DNA of 62,615 nucleotides, filler included, from Hausera hauseri (Eukaryota), in NCBI GenBank assembly GCA_046269625.1. It is 12 parts of 12 records of this genome, joined end to end, with 100 filler letters (N's around TTAATTAATTAA, not from the genome) between each part and the next. Parts side by side here need not be neighbours in the genome. Positions count along the whole stretch, not along the records: positions 42,718 to 48,402 come from JBJURY010206967.1; positions 48,503 to 53,177 come from JBJURY010479910.1; positions 53,278 to 58,278 come from JBJURY010365039.1; positions 58,379 to 62,615 come from JBJURY010683550.1; 8 more parts are not named here. One strand, given 5' to 3'. A program made the translations under genes and the position numbers. Position 1 is the first letter of the stretch. Each line of letters begins with the position of its first letter. This document shows positions 48,187 to 61,439 of the stretch, in pieces. The notes beneath the pieces are model-generated. The model had not been told where the DNA came from. It saw nothing but the letters and a program-made list of their open reading frames with translations, and did no database searches.

Positions 48187-50591
48187 TGATTTGTGATGAT
48201 AATAATAATAATAATAATAGTTAGTTGTTTTGTTTGTGTTATAAACAAAAAATGATTCTGTACATAGTAAGTAATGGCGACAGGATTTATAGATATTGAA
48301 ACTCTCTAAGATGTTAATGATCAGTAACTGATAAAGGAATTATGCACTATGGACGTGGTAAAATTTTCGAACTGCTTGCGTACGTATTCAAGTCCGCCGT
48401 TANNNNNNNNNNNNNNNNNNNNNNNNNNNNNNNNNNNNNNNNNNNNTTAATTAATTAANNNNNNNNNNNNNNNNNNNNNNNNNNNNNNNNNNNNNNNNNN
48501 NNAATTAAATAATTTTATATATGATTATATATTTGGTAAAGGGTATATGGGATATATGAATCGGTGTTTATGAAATCAGGGTCAGATTTAAAAGAAAATG
48601 GTTATGTAGGAGAAGTGAACGCACATGTGCATTATAATTTGGTGAAAAGGCAGGGGTCTCTCGGAGAAAACAAACAAAACTCTAAAAAGGATGTTTGTCG
48701 CCTGGATTGGGATCTGTTGAGGGAAAATAATAATATAGATTTAAATGGGCCCAGCAAACAATCACTCTGCTCCGTTGAAATTGTTAATAAATTTATTTTA
48801 AATCTTCCAGTGGCTGACAATTTATGAAAAATACCAAAATTATTTTACTGTGTATATATGCGTATTACTGAATAAGTTTCATATTTTTACATAATTGGTT
48901 GAATTATCCCATGTTATTTCAGGAATCTGGATAGGTAGTACTGTAGGATCTGTGACGTCAGTTCTAACAGGCCTTTGTATTCTTGTTTGTCAGGACTGGA
49001 AAAAACAAGCCCAATTGGTAAATATTTCCTGTATTCTGTTATTTATTAATATTGTTCATCATTTCATTTTGCAATTTGCACAGATGTTACATTCAAGGTT
49101 ATCGCGGATAAATGGCTCTTCTCCATTATCTGTCACATTCAATTTTTGTACAACCGAATATTCGATGAGTATTTTGAGTGTAGATAAAAAATAGGGGATA
49201 ACATTAAAACTGTTCTACAATTTTCGTACTCATTTTTGAATAATGATGACGTAACGAGTAGTTTGTATAATAATTATTCGATGGTACCCCAATTTTATTC
49301 ATTTTGATACATTGACTATATAGTATGCATTGGTTATTTCAGGCCATGGAAAGGATAACATATAGCACATTTAAATCCAACCAGATTGAGCATGAAAAGA
49401 CAAGTACTCATTATTTACTATTGTATTATGTAACAATCATCATCAGATTTGATGCATAGCAAAAGAGCAAATTCCAATTCAATGGCAATAGATCCAAATC
49501 ATATTCGTACACCCAGCTATCCAATATCATGTTCTACAGAATATGTTGAATTGCCGAAGCCGAAAACAAACGTTACCAAACGAATACTGCTCCAGAAATT
49601 CATGTTCTTGTGTTTAGCCGTAACAATAATGGTCATAGGCATATTGATAAAAGTGTATTTACCAGTAAACTTATATCGACCACTAAACTCGAATTACACT
49701 TTTGTTTGAATCGCAACATGTCACGTTTGTAAATGTATCATAAATTAGTTCATTTAAATATTCGTCCAATTTTTGCTTATATCCAGTTACTAACATTTTG
49801 TTTTTCTTTATGAAATTTGATGTAATTGTATACTAGTTTCCTTATAGATGAGAAATTTCCCTTCGTTGCTATGGAATTTGTACATATATTGTTTACTTTG
49901 GATACCGACCAACCGATGGCTAAAATTTCAATAATAAAATTTAAGACACTAAATTTGAACAGTTTACTATTTATGAATGACAACCTAAAATATTCGTATC
50001 CAAGGTAAATAACATGGGCAATAATCCATAGCAACGAAGAAATTTTCAAATCAAAAATTGAGGAACGAAAATTTTGTCAAAGTTCAAAGTGGAGGAAATT
50101 TGAACAAGTGTGAAATACTGCCACATTTAAAATGTTCAAAATGTGTTATTTTGACTTCCATGATAAAAGTATTTTTATTCTATTAATCAGCATTGTATTT
50201 TGCACGTCTATCATGATATAGTGGTGAATGTTTATAACAAATGAAATCCTGAAAACGTTTTATTAAGATTCTTTAACAACTAAATATCGATTTTCCCATA
50301 TTGATCACACAACGAACATTTTGCTCATGAAAATGATTATATGTCATGTATTATGTCATTCGCATATATGTATGTCAAAATTCATTGGAATTTTCAGTTG
50401 CATCAGTTGATATAGATACCAATTTAAAAAATATGAACAATAACTCGATTATTCGATTGCCAAGTCACAACTAATCAATAATTTTGTGAATCCAAACATT
50501 TCAGTTTGTTTATTGAACATAATTAATTCGATGACAGCAGTGTGTTCGTCATTTTAATTAAATCGAACATCTGACTTTGTCGACATTGTAA

Positions 50592-52556
50592 ATGGTACAG
50601 AGCATCAGTAATTTCAGATTTCCTTTGGCCGCCTGGATCATCATCATCCATGAGGTTCTGGAACGGTTCTCATTCTATGGCATGAAAGGGATACTATCGT
50701 TGTACTTAAATATATATTTGGGGTTTTCTGAGGACACTTCAACTATTTTCTATCATTTATTTACGGCAGTGTCTTACTTGAGTCCGATACTCGGTGCTGT
50801 GGTTGCAGATAATTATTTAGGTCGATACAAAACAATACTCTGGATGGGAATTATTTATCTAATTGGTCATTTGTTGATGTCTTTAACGGCAATTGTGAAC
50901 AACATCCCCGGACCTTTAATTGGAATGTTCATTTTAGCACTCGGTGCTGGATTGATCAAATCATCGGTGGGGGCATTTGGTGGGGACCAAATCCCGGCGA
51001 ATAATGATGACATGATTGCCAAATATTTCTCTTTGTTCTATACAGCAATCAATATCGGTGCATTTGTTGCCCAGTTCGTAACGCCCATTTTACGACGAGA
51101 TATCTCCTGTGTAGATGGTCAGTGTTACCCATTAGCATTCGGTGTACCCGCAATGGCATTTCTCCTGACGTATTTGTTGTTTGTTGCCGGTTCAAAAACA
51201 TACAACATTGTTCCATTATCAAAGAGCGCTATTTCGAAATTTGTCGAGTGTACAATTTATGGCATCTGTCAGTTTGTTAGAAAACGAAAGGAGAAAAACT
51301 TCAACTCGATATTGGACTATGCCAATGATCGGTTTGATGTCGAATTCATACAACAATGCAAAAAGGCAATTCGAATCATTATTATTTATACCCCTATCCC
51401 AGTTTTCTGGGCTCTATATGATCAACAAGGATCCAGATGGACCCTTCAGGCAAAGTATATGAACGGTAAAATTGGTCAATCATATTACATGAAACCAGAA
51501 CAAATCCAGTCATTTAATTCACTTTTTATCATCCTGCTGATCCCAGTTTTTGATATGATCATCTATCCTTTGCTGGGTCACATGAATATTTTACTGAAGC
51601 CAACTAGTAGAATAATTTCATCTTATTTTGTAGCTGCTGCGGCATTCATACTGGCTGCCATTATTCAGATATTTCTCAATCAAGGTCAACAAGTCTATTT
51701 CCCATTGAACTCGAAAATCGTCTTAATGAATACTATTCAAAACTGCAGTCTTTATGGAAATATTTCCGGCGTTGAATTTTCAATTCCTTATTCAAACTAT
51801 AGGGTCGTAGATACTCCAGCAGGAAACCTCAGTCTCATTGCAAATTGTGGTGGAACCCTTGCACTAGAAAAATCCATAACGTTAAAAAAGAATGCAATAA
51901 AAATGGGAATAATCGATTTAGAACATGGAAAAATGAGACTAACATCCGATGATGTTATTGTTTACCCAGCAGATGGATTTGGTTATGTTAGAAAATTGCC
52001 AATAAATACGGGAAATATTTCGGTAAGAGAAATGAATGAAGATAAAGTAATCGACGATAAATATCGACAAATCAGAGTTGGACAGTACAAAATAATTTGC
52101 CAAGGAAACAACAGTCATTCTACAGAATGCGGTGTTGTTGATATTTCACCAGGTTTAACTGGGACTCTTGTCCAAATTCAAACGAATGAAGTTCGATTTA
52201 TTCCCGAACATTCTCCCACATTGATTCATATGTTATGGCAGCTACCGCAATATGTTATCATAACGTGCGCGGAAATTGTGTGCTCAATTACGACACTTTC
52301 CTTTGCTTACTGTGAGGGTCCAGATAAGCTGAGGTCGCTTATGCAATCCGTTTACCTTTTGACGATATTCGGTGGGAATTTGATTGTTGTATTTGCTGCT
52401 ACTGTTGGCCGACTGGTGAGTCAGACTATTGAGTTTTTCTTGTTTGCAACTGCTGCCGCGATTGCCGGTTTGGTCAATTGGATCTTAATTAAATACGTTT
52501 GGGAATCTCAGAGGACCATATCAGTTACGAATGTGGTTGATTATCAGATGAATTGA
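50592..52556 (+). CDS. Proton-coupled oligopeptide transporter, animal SLC15A1/2 (PepT) type; intact and intronless
   Basis: EVLERFSFYGM; SPILGAVVADNYLGRYKTI; AFGGDQ; FY.AINIG; FWALYDQQGSRWTLQA; large extracellular domain before HMLWQLPQY. 654 aa. Confidence 0.95.
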   Translation: MVQSISNFRFPLAAWIIIIHEVLERFSFYGMKGILSLYLNIYLGFSEDTSTIFYHLFTAVSYLSPILGAVVADNYLGRYKTILWMGIIYLIGHLLMSLTAIVNNIPGPLIGMFILALGAGLIKSSVGAFGGDQIPANNDDMIAKYFSLFYTAINIGAFVAQFVTPILRRDISCVDGQCYPLAFGVPAMAFLLTYLLFVAGSKTYNIVPLSKSAISKFVECTIYGICQFVRKRKEKNFNSILDYANDRFDVEFIQQCKKAIRIIIIYTPIPVFWALYDQQGSRWTLQAKYMNGKIGQSYYMKPEQIQSFNSLFIILLIPVFDMIIYPLLGHMNILLKPTSRIISSYFVAAAAFILAAIIQIFLNQGQQVYFPLNSKIVLMNTIQNCSLYGNISGVEFSIPYSNYRVVDTPAGNLSLIANCGGTLALEKSITLKKNAIKMGIIDLEHGKMRLTSDDVIVYPADGFGYVRKLPINTGNISVREMNEDKVIDDKYRQIRVGQYKIICQGNNSHSTECGVVDISPGLTGTLVQIQTNEVRFIPEHSPTLIHMLWQLPQYVIITCAEIVCSITTLSFAYCEGPDKLRSLMQSVYLLTIFGGNLIVVFAATVGRLVSQTIEFFLFATAAAIAGLVNWILIKYVWESQRTISVTNVVDYQMN

Positions 52557-52794
52557 ATATGACTAAACAGTACTTTCGTTTGGCTTCAGTATATCAATAA
52601 TTTTTATTTGACAATATTTTAAATTCTCTGCTGACTTGTCATGTTGGACTGGGAATTAAAGTACTTTAAGTTAATCAATATATTACACATAACAGCAAGC
52701 GACATATTTTGTCAATCTTTGTCTGTCATTCAAAGTAAGAATTTTGTAATTTTATAATATATGTTACATTATTCATAGATATATAAAAAGCCAA

Positions 52795-52920
52795 AATTAA
52801 GTATTATTAGCGAGGATCTTTATGAGACGATTATCCGAATGAAGAAAGCCGACATGACATATGCAAAAATTACCGAATAGGCAAACGTTAGTAAAACGAC
52901 GATATTCAGAACCATAGGTA
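52795..52920 (+). mobile_element. Tc1-like transposase HTH fragment
   Basis: ISEDLYETIIRMKKADMTYAKITE*ANVSKTTIFR. Confidence 0.45.
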
Positions 52921-53426
52921 ATTAATAACTGGTTCACAAATAGTTTGGGTTGGGTAGCAATAACATTAATTTTGTAATTCTGATATCTTTATACATATTG
53001 TAAATAAATGCTTAACTAAAAATTATACTTAAAACTATTTAAATTATCAAACCTAAAATAAATACCAATAACTTCCAAATATACGTAACTTTAAAAATAT
53101 ATAGTTTAAAATTCATATATAACAACATACAATTAGAATTCATGTTGAAAACAGTATCTAATGTAATCTACTTCCAANNNNNNNNNNNNNNNNNNNNNNN
53201 NNNNNNNNNNNNNNNNNNNNNTTAATTAATTAANNNNNNNNNNNNNNNNNNNNNNNNNNNNNNNNNNNNNNNNNNNNTATATTACGAATGATTGGAGACG
53301 TGGAGATAATTTGTATCGTTCTGATGAGATAATACTCACAAAGTAAATGTCTATTGTCTACAATGAAAACAAACCTTTGATATAAATATGGATGGAATTT
53401 CATGAAACGTTTGTCTTTTTTAAACA

Positions 53427-53882
53427 ATGTCTTTGGAAAACAATTCAGCAGGTGACAGTCTGTCAAAAAAGCCACGGTACAGAGAATATTTGTTCAGAAA
53501 TTCCCGATTGTATAATGGATACAACTTGCATTATCTGCGCAACGCTATTCAATTGCCATTGACGCAAACGGTCAAATTCAAAGAGGTAAAGTATGGCATA
53601 ATGGTGAAAAAGATCAGCGACGATGATTTGGATACAATGGAAGACACAATTGGAAAAGTTGACAGTGATTTTGCGTTGAGTGACAATATCCGAGATACAT
53701 CGTCGATTTTTCTCAAAGGAAATATGGCGAAAATTGTCAGTTCACATAGCGTAGAAGCAGCAGCAGCAGTTTTGCCACTGGCAGGAGCTAAAGGTTACCT
53801 GACATTGAAGCTCAAAGGATACAAGGAAAGGAGCGGCGTCAAATCCCCAATATGGAAAATGAGGAAGTTTACTATGATTTAA
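53427..53882 (+). CDS. Unnamed Polinton-associated ORF (possible OB-fold SSB), convergent with pPolB
   Basis: Intact 151 aa; homologous to 33508-33942 and 47422-47637. Confidence 0.6.
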   Translation: MSLENNSAGDSLSKKPRYREYLFRNSRLYNGYNLHYLRNAIQLPLTQTVKFKEVKYGIMVKKISDDDLDTMEDTIGKVDSDFALSDNIRDTSSIFLKGNMAKIVSSHSVEAAAAVLPLAGAKGYLTLKLKGYKERSGVKSPIWKMRKFTMI

Positions 53883-54159
53883 CTTACTTAATTTGTGTGG
53901 TTTGGTAATTTTAGTTTTTCTCCGATCAGTAAATANNNNNNNNNNTGCAAGGTTATTGTTTTACTTTTACTTGTATCTTACTTAATAATAATAGGTGAAG
54001 TAAGTACCCAAAACAAAACACAAAGACATTGAACAAAATACGTTATTGAAATGTAAAAAGCAATATACATCGCACAATTGTCAATGACTGTCACAGTAAC
54101 TGAACTGAATTGAACTGATTTGTTTGAACCCACAGAGCACCTATTGTTTGTACGTGCCT

Positions 54160-57100
54160 TTATTTCAGCCACCAATGTCCATACGTCCAACTCTTATTTC
54201 ACCGCACCCACTTTCGCTTGTCATCATTACATGACAAAGCGACTTTCGCACTAGTTATTGTGTACAGCTGGTGCTCAATTGATCGAATGATAGTTTGAGA
54301 CAAAACAACCACTGATTGTCCTCCTTCTGCTGCTGCTGTTGCTTCATATATACGGTGATAATCACCGTGACCGATTTCCGTCTGATGCAGCTAGACTCCG
54401 TTTGCTCGCATCCACAGTCCTGACACTGAACCCGACCTTCACTTTCATCCTTGAAGCAGCGGATTTTGTTGGTTATCGCGCTCCTGTACGACGGATGATC
54501 CGGTGGATAGTGGGACATGTCCAGTAATCCATCTGACAGAACTTGCTGCAGTAGCTGTTCGCGATTGACTTTTTTCAGCCACAGAAAAAAACTATCTGTG
54601 TTACTGGCAAATATACTAATATCACAGCCGTCAAACATTTGCCGGTAATGTGCCAAATTGCGATACTGCAGCTCATACATCCGCAACTTGCTCAGGTCAA
54701 ATACCACTTGTCCAATGTAACTTGGCTGGTCCAGAACGACTTCTTCTCTGTTTAACAGTACCGCAACCAATCCATAGGAAATGTGCATTGACCGCCGAAA
54801 CTGTGCCTTGCTGGTATACGTAACCAGCCGCTTTTCACTGTTGCATAGATGTACAATGAACCGCTTTTTCAGATTCTTCACTGTTTTTCCATACAGGGAA
54901 TTGTTTTTCAGCTTGTAATAGTCCTTTTCGAACTTTGAACAAGCTGCGGCTCGTTTCTCCGAATTTACACCTGTCTACGCCTTGTATATGGAAGTCTGAG
55001 AAAATTGGATTGCACGGTGCATCTATGCAACGCGAATACCGAGCTGCATGTAGAACTGTAGCAGACGCTAAGGGACAACGTAATTCAGCTTCGGTTCATG
55101 CGTCATGAGAAGTTTCTTTACTTTTGAGCGTGGCGGACATTGGTTAAATGGTGCGACCGGCAAATCGTCCGAAATGTTATGCAGCTCATCTAGTATCTCG
55201 AGATCGACCTCCATCAGGTGTCCGACTGAGCCTGCCATGTCTGCTCGTGGTAGGTTGACCATTATATCGTCCAAATCTTGTCTGTTTACTATCCATTCGA
55301 ATGAACCGTACGGCAAGGGTTGCGAAAGCGCCCAGCCGTACAGATTATTAATATCAGTATAGAGCAGTGATGTGGTATCCGTAGCCCTGATCTGATGCTT
55401 GTTGACAAAGGTCATGGCACCTCGAATAATAACATGAAACAGCCGGTACATTTCCGGATCTTGCAGCAACTCAATGTCTCGATCCAGTGACATTAGAGCT
55501 GACGCCCAACCCATTACCGTTATGGAATAAAAATTGAGTGGCTCCAGCCCATCTTCAGGCAACGCTTTAGCTCGAAATGTCTGAAACACATCGGCTAATA
55601 AGTGCACGCCCAGTTTAAGATACTGAAGCATATACTCCAACATGTTTCTGCAGCCCAGTTCTGTCCAGAACCTCTGTGATTTCCGGTATTCATTCCCTGC
55701 GATACCTGTCTATCACGGCGGTAATTCCTCTGCCGTTTGGAGTCTCTCATATGATGTTGTAAAGTAATACGGGAATATGCTTTTGCTACGCGCAATATGT
55801 GTGGGAAATTGCGTTAATGTTATCGGCACATCCTGCAAACCATTTAAGAACTTTGCTAGAGACTTACTAAAAATTGCAATGAGTCGAGGAAGCGTACCTT
55901 GAACCGGTTTATGCGTGCTGACAGGGACAGGCATTTCTCCATTTTTGTTGGGATTACTGACAGTTCCCAGTGGGGAAATCCATTATTGGCCCATTTCAGT
56001 ATATGGTGACAATCATAACCTGGAACATTATGAAAAATCACCGGTAAGAATGGCCTCACACGCCTTGCCAAATTGCATGAATTACATGCTGCTCCGAGAT
56101 ATCGACTAGTAAAATGATCGTATCCTGTACGTGCCGTTCCAGTGCGTCAAACGGAAATATTTTGTGGCACAGATAACATTCATCTGTGACTACAAACGTC
56201 AGGCGTTCATCTTTATCTGTCCACATCAAGAATTTATTGCTATTTCTACTGTACCCGGGTGCGATTTCAGTTTCCACTATGGTTTGCAACTGCTGCAGGA
56301 AATCACGTACACAGTTCCAGCCGCCAAAGGCCTAATACTGCAGTTGACCGACCGCTTTTATTGGGACAACCAACATACAGACGGCGATTGTAACATGTTT
56401 TTGATCATACACGTTGTGCAGTGGTAGAATTGTCTCAATATCGGCATATACCATATATGCCGGACTGTTCGTTTTCGACCAGTCACTGAATCGGAGCTCC
56501 TTTTTGAGTGGCATTACGTACATGATTGTTTCCGTTGAATTCTGCTTGCACAGCGCCACATGTTTCTCCAATGTTGTCTTTGACCTGAATCCATGCAGAC
56601 ATACAGGACACCATTTGAATCGTATTCTATTTTTGATGATCTGGTCATGTTCCATGTTCAACAGTCTATTCAGATTTGTCACTTCCACGTAATGAAATTT
56701 TTCGGCCTGCTCCAATAGCAACAAATTTATCGAGCGTCCATTCGGGTTCCGACTGAGATAAATTATGTCGACATGGAGGTTCGTATAAATTTCTTCGTCT
56801 TACGGTATTTCAATTATTGTGTTGTACCGGAAAACGTTGATTGACAGTGTCGTATTACNNNNNNNNNNACTTCGCTGTACTTCAGTACAGCCAAAATATT
56901 GTACAGAAAACAGTATTCGTCGTCAGTATTTTGTATATTCACTACCGCCAGAGACTGCTTTAGAGATGCAGGTGTCTGTATGAATGACAGTCCAGACAAA
57001 TATACCACGTCACTCGACTTTGTTATGACAAATCCGAATGCTACAATTCGTATAATTCGCCATCCACTAACCTTTTCGGTATAGTTGGCGATTTTCTCAT

Positions 57101-57883
57101 CCAAGTTTTCGCCTACATGGCAATAAAATCTTCTGAATACGGTACGTCTCGATGTGAGAGGTACTATTGTTTCGTGACACCTTCAACGTCCTCAAATTCT
57201 GCAAGTGCATAATATTGCACTTTGCAGTTGTTGCGTTTGAATTTCTCCACCCATAATTCCAACCGGCTGCGCACACCAGACGGAACATGTCTCAGCTGTA
57301 GTGTTGTTGTACCCGACATGTTTACTTTCATGTCCACGTACAATTTGTTTAGATCGTACTTGACAGTAATGGAAGGTTCCTGCTGTTGCATCTGCTGCTG
57401 TTCGGTACTGTTTCGGATGTATTCGTCAAGACTTTTTGAGGCCTGACGTTTCCTACTTGTTGAGCAGATATTGGTTTTTTTCGTCGCCATCACTATTTCC
57501 TTTTTGGACCGCTGAAACTGGTTCAAGTAGTCCTTGTGTTGGTTATAAAACTGTTCATAGTTGATTTCATCAACTGTCGAACAACCGGGACAAACGTAGG
57601 CCCGTTTGCAGTGCACCGTTGTGGCGCCATAGTACTGCTCCATTACCCTGTGGCAACCATCAACGTCATGCATTCTACTACTACAGTATCGCTGGTATTT
57701 GGAGCAATGCACAACCATCATGTTCTTTGCACGCGTAAACGGGCCAAGATGATGCCTCTGCATCGCATAAAAGTCGGGGTATGGACAAAGGATCGAAATA
57801 CTACCGCACGTTGGACACAAATATAAGTGGTGCCAACGTTTAATATTTAGCCATCTGCTGATGGCACTGCTCCTGCTCCGCAT
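54160..57883 (-). pseudogene. Polinton protein-primed DNA polymerase B with endonuclease VII-like insert, fragmented
   Basis: ExoI YADIE; ExoII FHN..GYD.H; DHFTSRYLGAACNSCN; PolA YTDINNLYGWA; PolB KLKNNSLYGKT; PolC NTDS; FKDE; DDKR..YGH. Confidence 0.93.
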
Positions 57884-58705
57884 GTATGCGCAAGACTCAA
57901 TACATTGGACAATTAGTACACCTCTGAATGGAAAACAAAATAAAATAAATGTTTTACATTAAGATATAAATACTGTAACTTGAAATATGACAACATATTT
58001 TTCGGTCTTGAGAAAAAAGCCTCCTTACTCCCTTATAAACAATTATTCTAAACGCTACAACAAGAACAACAACAACAACTAAAAGTCGCATGGAACAGTA
58101 CATTGAAAGCGAGTTTAAGAAATTGACCGATAATATTTTGAGTGGATATGCCTTTGATGTTCAGTTTTTATGTGAGCTCGCAAAAACCAGAATAATTAGT
58201 AGACGGGAATATATTGAATTAATTGTCAGATCTCTATTCATACAACGTATCAAAGATGAAATGAGACGAAAACGGCAANNNNNNNNNNNNNNNNNNNNNN
58301 NNNNNNNNNNNNNNNNNNNNNNTTAATTAATTAANNNNNNNNNNNNNNNNNNNNNNNNNNNNNNNNNNNNNNNNNNNNCACAACTGCCAATCAAAACGTT
58401 GGGGCTATGATAACATAGACAGCAGGGGAGAAGTCGAAAAGCTTGTTTATGTAATTGTCGTGTTCACCATTTTATAAGGTAGCGAAGTAACACCTGTCAG
58501 GAGGTTTGAAATGTGTATTTTGTCTGTATCAGAAATCCATCTAACAGTGTCATGAGACAAAAGGCCGGCTGATTGTGATTCTTGTCGATACATTGGTCCT
58601 CCTTCAGTTGTTAAAATTGTTAATTGGAGTGAGGATGAAAAAAATCAAATGTAAAATACAAGGTGGGAAAGAGTTGTTAACAGAAAATTATATTTTGGAT
58701 GTGAA

Positions 58706-60585
58706 TTGAATTCAGTCGGAGAATATGACATTACAGAGATGTTTAACGGAACAAATTCATTTAATTCTGATGACATAAAAATACTTATCCCATTTGAATT
58801 GTTTCCATTTAGATGTGCAGTTGGGATACAAAGTGAAGAATATTCATGGAAAATCATTGGTTATTTCAATGAAAGTTCCATTGCAAGTTCTATAGATGAG
58901 ACTGAAATTTGTAGTGAATATTGTAAGAATGTTGGCTTATTAAAAATTGTCGAGTTCGGCAATGAGATTGTTTTAAAAGAAGTGAAAAAAGTATATGGTG
59001 AGTGTAAATGGATTGGTAAAATAAATAGTCGGATTACAGTCGGGATAGAATTCAATATCGATGTCAAAAACAAACGAAAACTAATTCTAAATGTAATAGA
59101 CATTGCACATTATTACAAAGCACTCAGTTGCGAATCAATTGTCAGTTTGGATCGATTCCTACCAGAAATGTTGGCAAAAACTGATATTATTGAAGAAATG
59201 TTGGCCGGTTCGTCACAAGTTGTGGAAGTGAGTGACATTCAAAATCTTGGTCCAATAGTATCGAATTTGATGTACAGTAATAATCAGTTGGTCCTTAGCA
59301 AGGTTGAACGATCACTGCAAAATGCATTGTGTGTTAACCGATGTTTGGTAAAAGAACTAACATTAATTACTGGTTGTAGATCACCAGAGACATTATTGAC
59401 ACCATTTGTATAATCATATATTACAAGTCGGCGGAACGTTGCAATATTGTATTTGGGCCTATACGGAAGCACTGGGGGTGATTTCGTATACGTTGGCAGA
59501 GAATATTGAATTGAATTTGATACAGACAGTGACGAAATTGTGTAAACGTTATATCGACGGAGAGAAAAATGCAGGAACTAATATTAAGCATGGTTGTGTG
59601 TCGAATATAACGGAAGATGATGTGATACAACCGTTGTTGGCGAACCACAGTTCGATAATGTTGACAACGGGAACGGTGTATGTATTGAGGCCGATTTATA
59701 CCGTTTTACAAATAATTATGACAAAGACTTATGTTCAAAGGTTGGCGGGTGTCCTTATAATTCTCCGGTACCTGTTCAATTCTGAAAAGATTTGTGAATT
59801 AAACCGTTGGATTTTCGGAACCATATACGTCAGTGCGTTGAAAAAATCATGCGAATTGCCAAAGAAATTCGGTCCGTTTGAGATATACGAAGATCGTCCG
59901 GTCAACAAAGATAATTCACATTCGAATACGTGGAATGTAAAGTGCTACGTCTATCTGGATTGGGCTGGTTTGAGGATTGAATTTGCCAAATACGGTGTAC
60001 GAAGTAGTTTACTTGGAACACAAATGCCAACTACTAACACTCCAAATTTTCGTAAACAACGAATGTTTCGGACTGCTCATGAAATATATTTGTCTACGCA
60101 GAGTGAACAGCGGAGAATTCGTTGCCATCAATCAGTACATGATGGGTGATTTAATAAAATCGAGAATCTGGTGCGTCGACGTGAGTTATGTCGTTATGGT
60201 TAAAAAAGGATCCATCCAGAAAATTATCTGTACCTCAAACGACATTAAAAACTTATACGAAATTATACGAGAGATTAGACGGTCTTCCATAATAAAAATG
60301 GCTGCCGATAAATCATCGATCATTGACCAGAATCAAAATCTGAATTTACATGTCAGTAATCCGGGTCGTCAAAAACTGACATCATTGTATTTCTATAGAT
60401 GGAAACCGAGACTCGAAACGAGACTGTGCTACTGGTTATCTATAACACAAACAACACCAAATATTATTCAACCTCTGTGGAATTTGGTGGATGTGATAAC
60501 AAAATTGGGAATGTTAACGGCTATCTTCAGAACCACAATTATTGATTGCAACGGGGTTCTGAATCCCCTTAAAAATTCGATGTAA
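58706..60585 (+). pseudogene. Unidentified frameshifted coding region (three overlapping ORFs over 200 aa)
   Basis: Consecutive same-strand ORFs of 235, 247 and 202 aa in AT-rich DNA; no motif recognised. Confidence 0.4.
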
Positions 60586-60663
60586 TCCTTGTTTCAGTAG
60601 ACACTAAAAAATAATACGAAGGTGAGATCAATGTTTGCTACTCTGGAGGTATGAGAATCTAAA

Positions 60664-60732
60664 TCAATGCCAGGGACCGAACTGGAGACCTTCTGTGTGT
60701 TGACCCAGATTGTATCGCAATTAACGAGTCCA
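60664..60732 (-). tRNA. Degenerate tRNA-Val(AAC)-like sequence (pseudogene or SINE head)
   Basis: Reverse strand TCTG.GTC-AAC-ACACAGA-AGGTC-TCCAG-TTCGGTCC-CTGG resembles the anticodon and T arms. The D arm and acceptor stem are poor. Confidence 0.4.
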
Positions 60733-61074
60733 TGACCAGAACTAAGGAATATCAGATCGAAAACATAAACAGACTGATAAATGTAAAAAAGGTCAGTTAT
60801 TCTACATTGCTGTATATATTATCGGTACCCTTCTCTGCTCCCCGCCTCAAACTTCCTTTTGGTGATTACCGTAATAAAATTTATTGGGGGAAATTGTTTT
60901 GCGTTTATATTATCGTTTTAAGCCTTTTAAGAATAAACATAAAAATAAAACTACTCTTTCTTGAGAATTTGTCTTCAAAAGTTGTTATTAGATCGCGTTT
61001 CTACCATTCTGGCTTCAACATCACTCGATGATTGTAAGATTGAATTCTGCATAAGAAATTTATTATAAAAGTTT

Positions 61075-61216
61075 GTATAATATTTATCTCCTTCACTCAT
61101 TAAATGATTCTTCTTTTCAACCTGTTTTTGAATTTTCTGAATTTATATTGGCTGTTTATTGATTTAACTTTGAATTAAATTTAAACATTAATATTCGTTT
61201 AAATTCCGTTTCACAG
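61075..61216 (+). repeat. Dispersed repeat shared with 19226-19366, upstream of gag
   Basis: Near-identical reverse complement; the match ends around TCACAG. Confidence 0.8.
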
Positions 61217-61439
61217 ACAATATAGCAGTACTACATAGAAATAGAGAAGAGATTGATAATAAAGAGAAACAAGCGAATCAAAGGTTTAATTGGATACAAA
61301 ATCAAGTAGCAATTATAATATGCGAGCAAGAGCAAATATAAGTAGAAAACAATCACACCAGAAGTCAAATAGATACTCTAGCTCTAGGTATAAATCAATT
61401 AATGAACGTCTCGAACAAATAAGGACAGAGGAACGGATG

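Noticed and set aside
48564-50049. Short hydrophobic ORFs upstream of PepT
   Set aside because: No recognisable family; they could be exons or chance ORFs in AT-rich DNA.
4010-58378. Recurrent TTAATTAATTAA palindrome at semi-regular spacing
   Set aside because: Always centred in 44+44 Ns, so it is an artificial contig linker. ORFs running into X residues are artefacts too.
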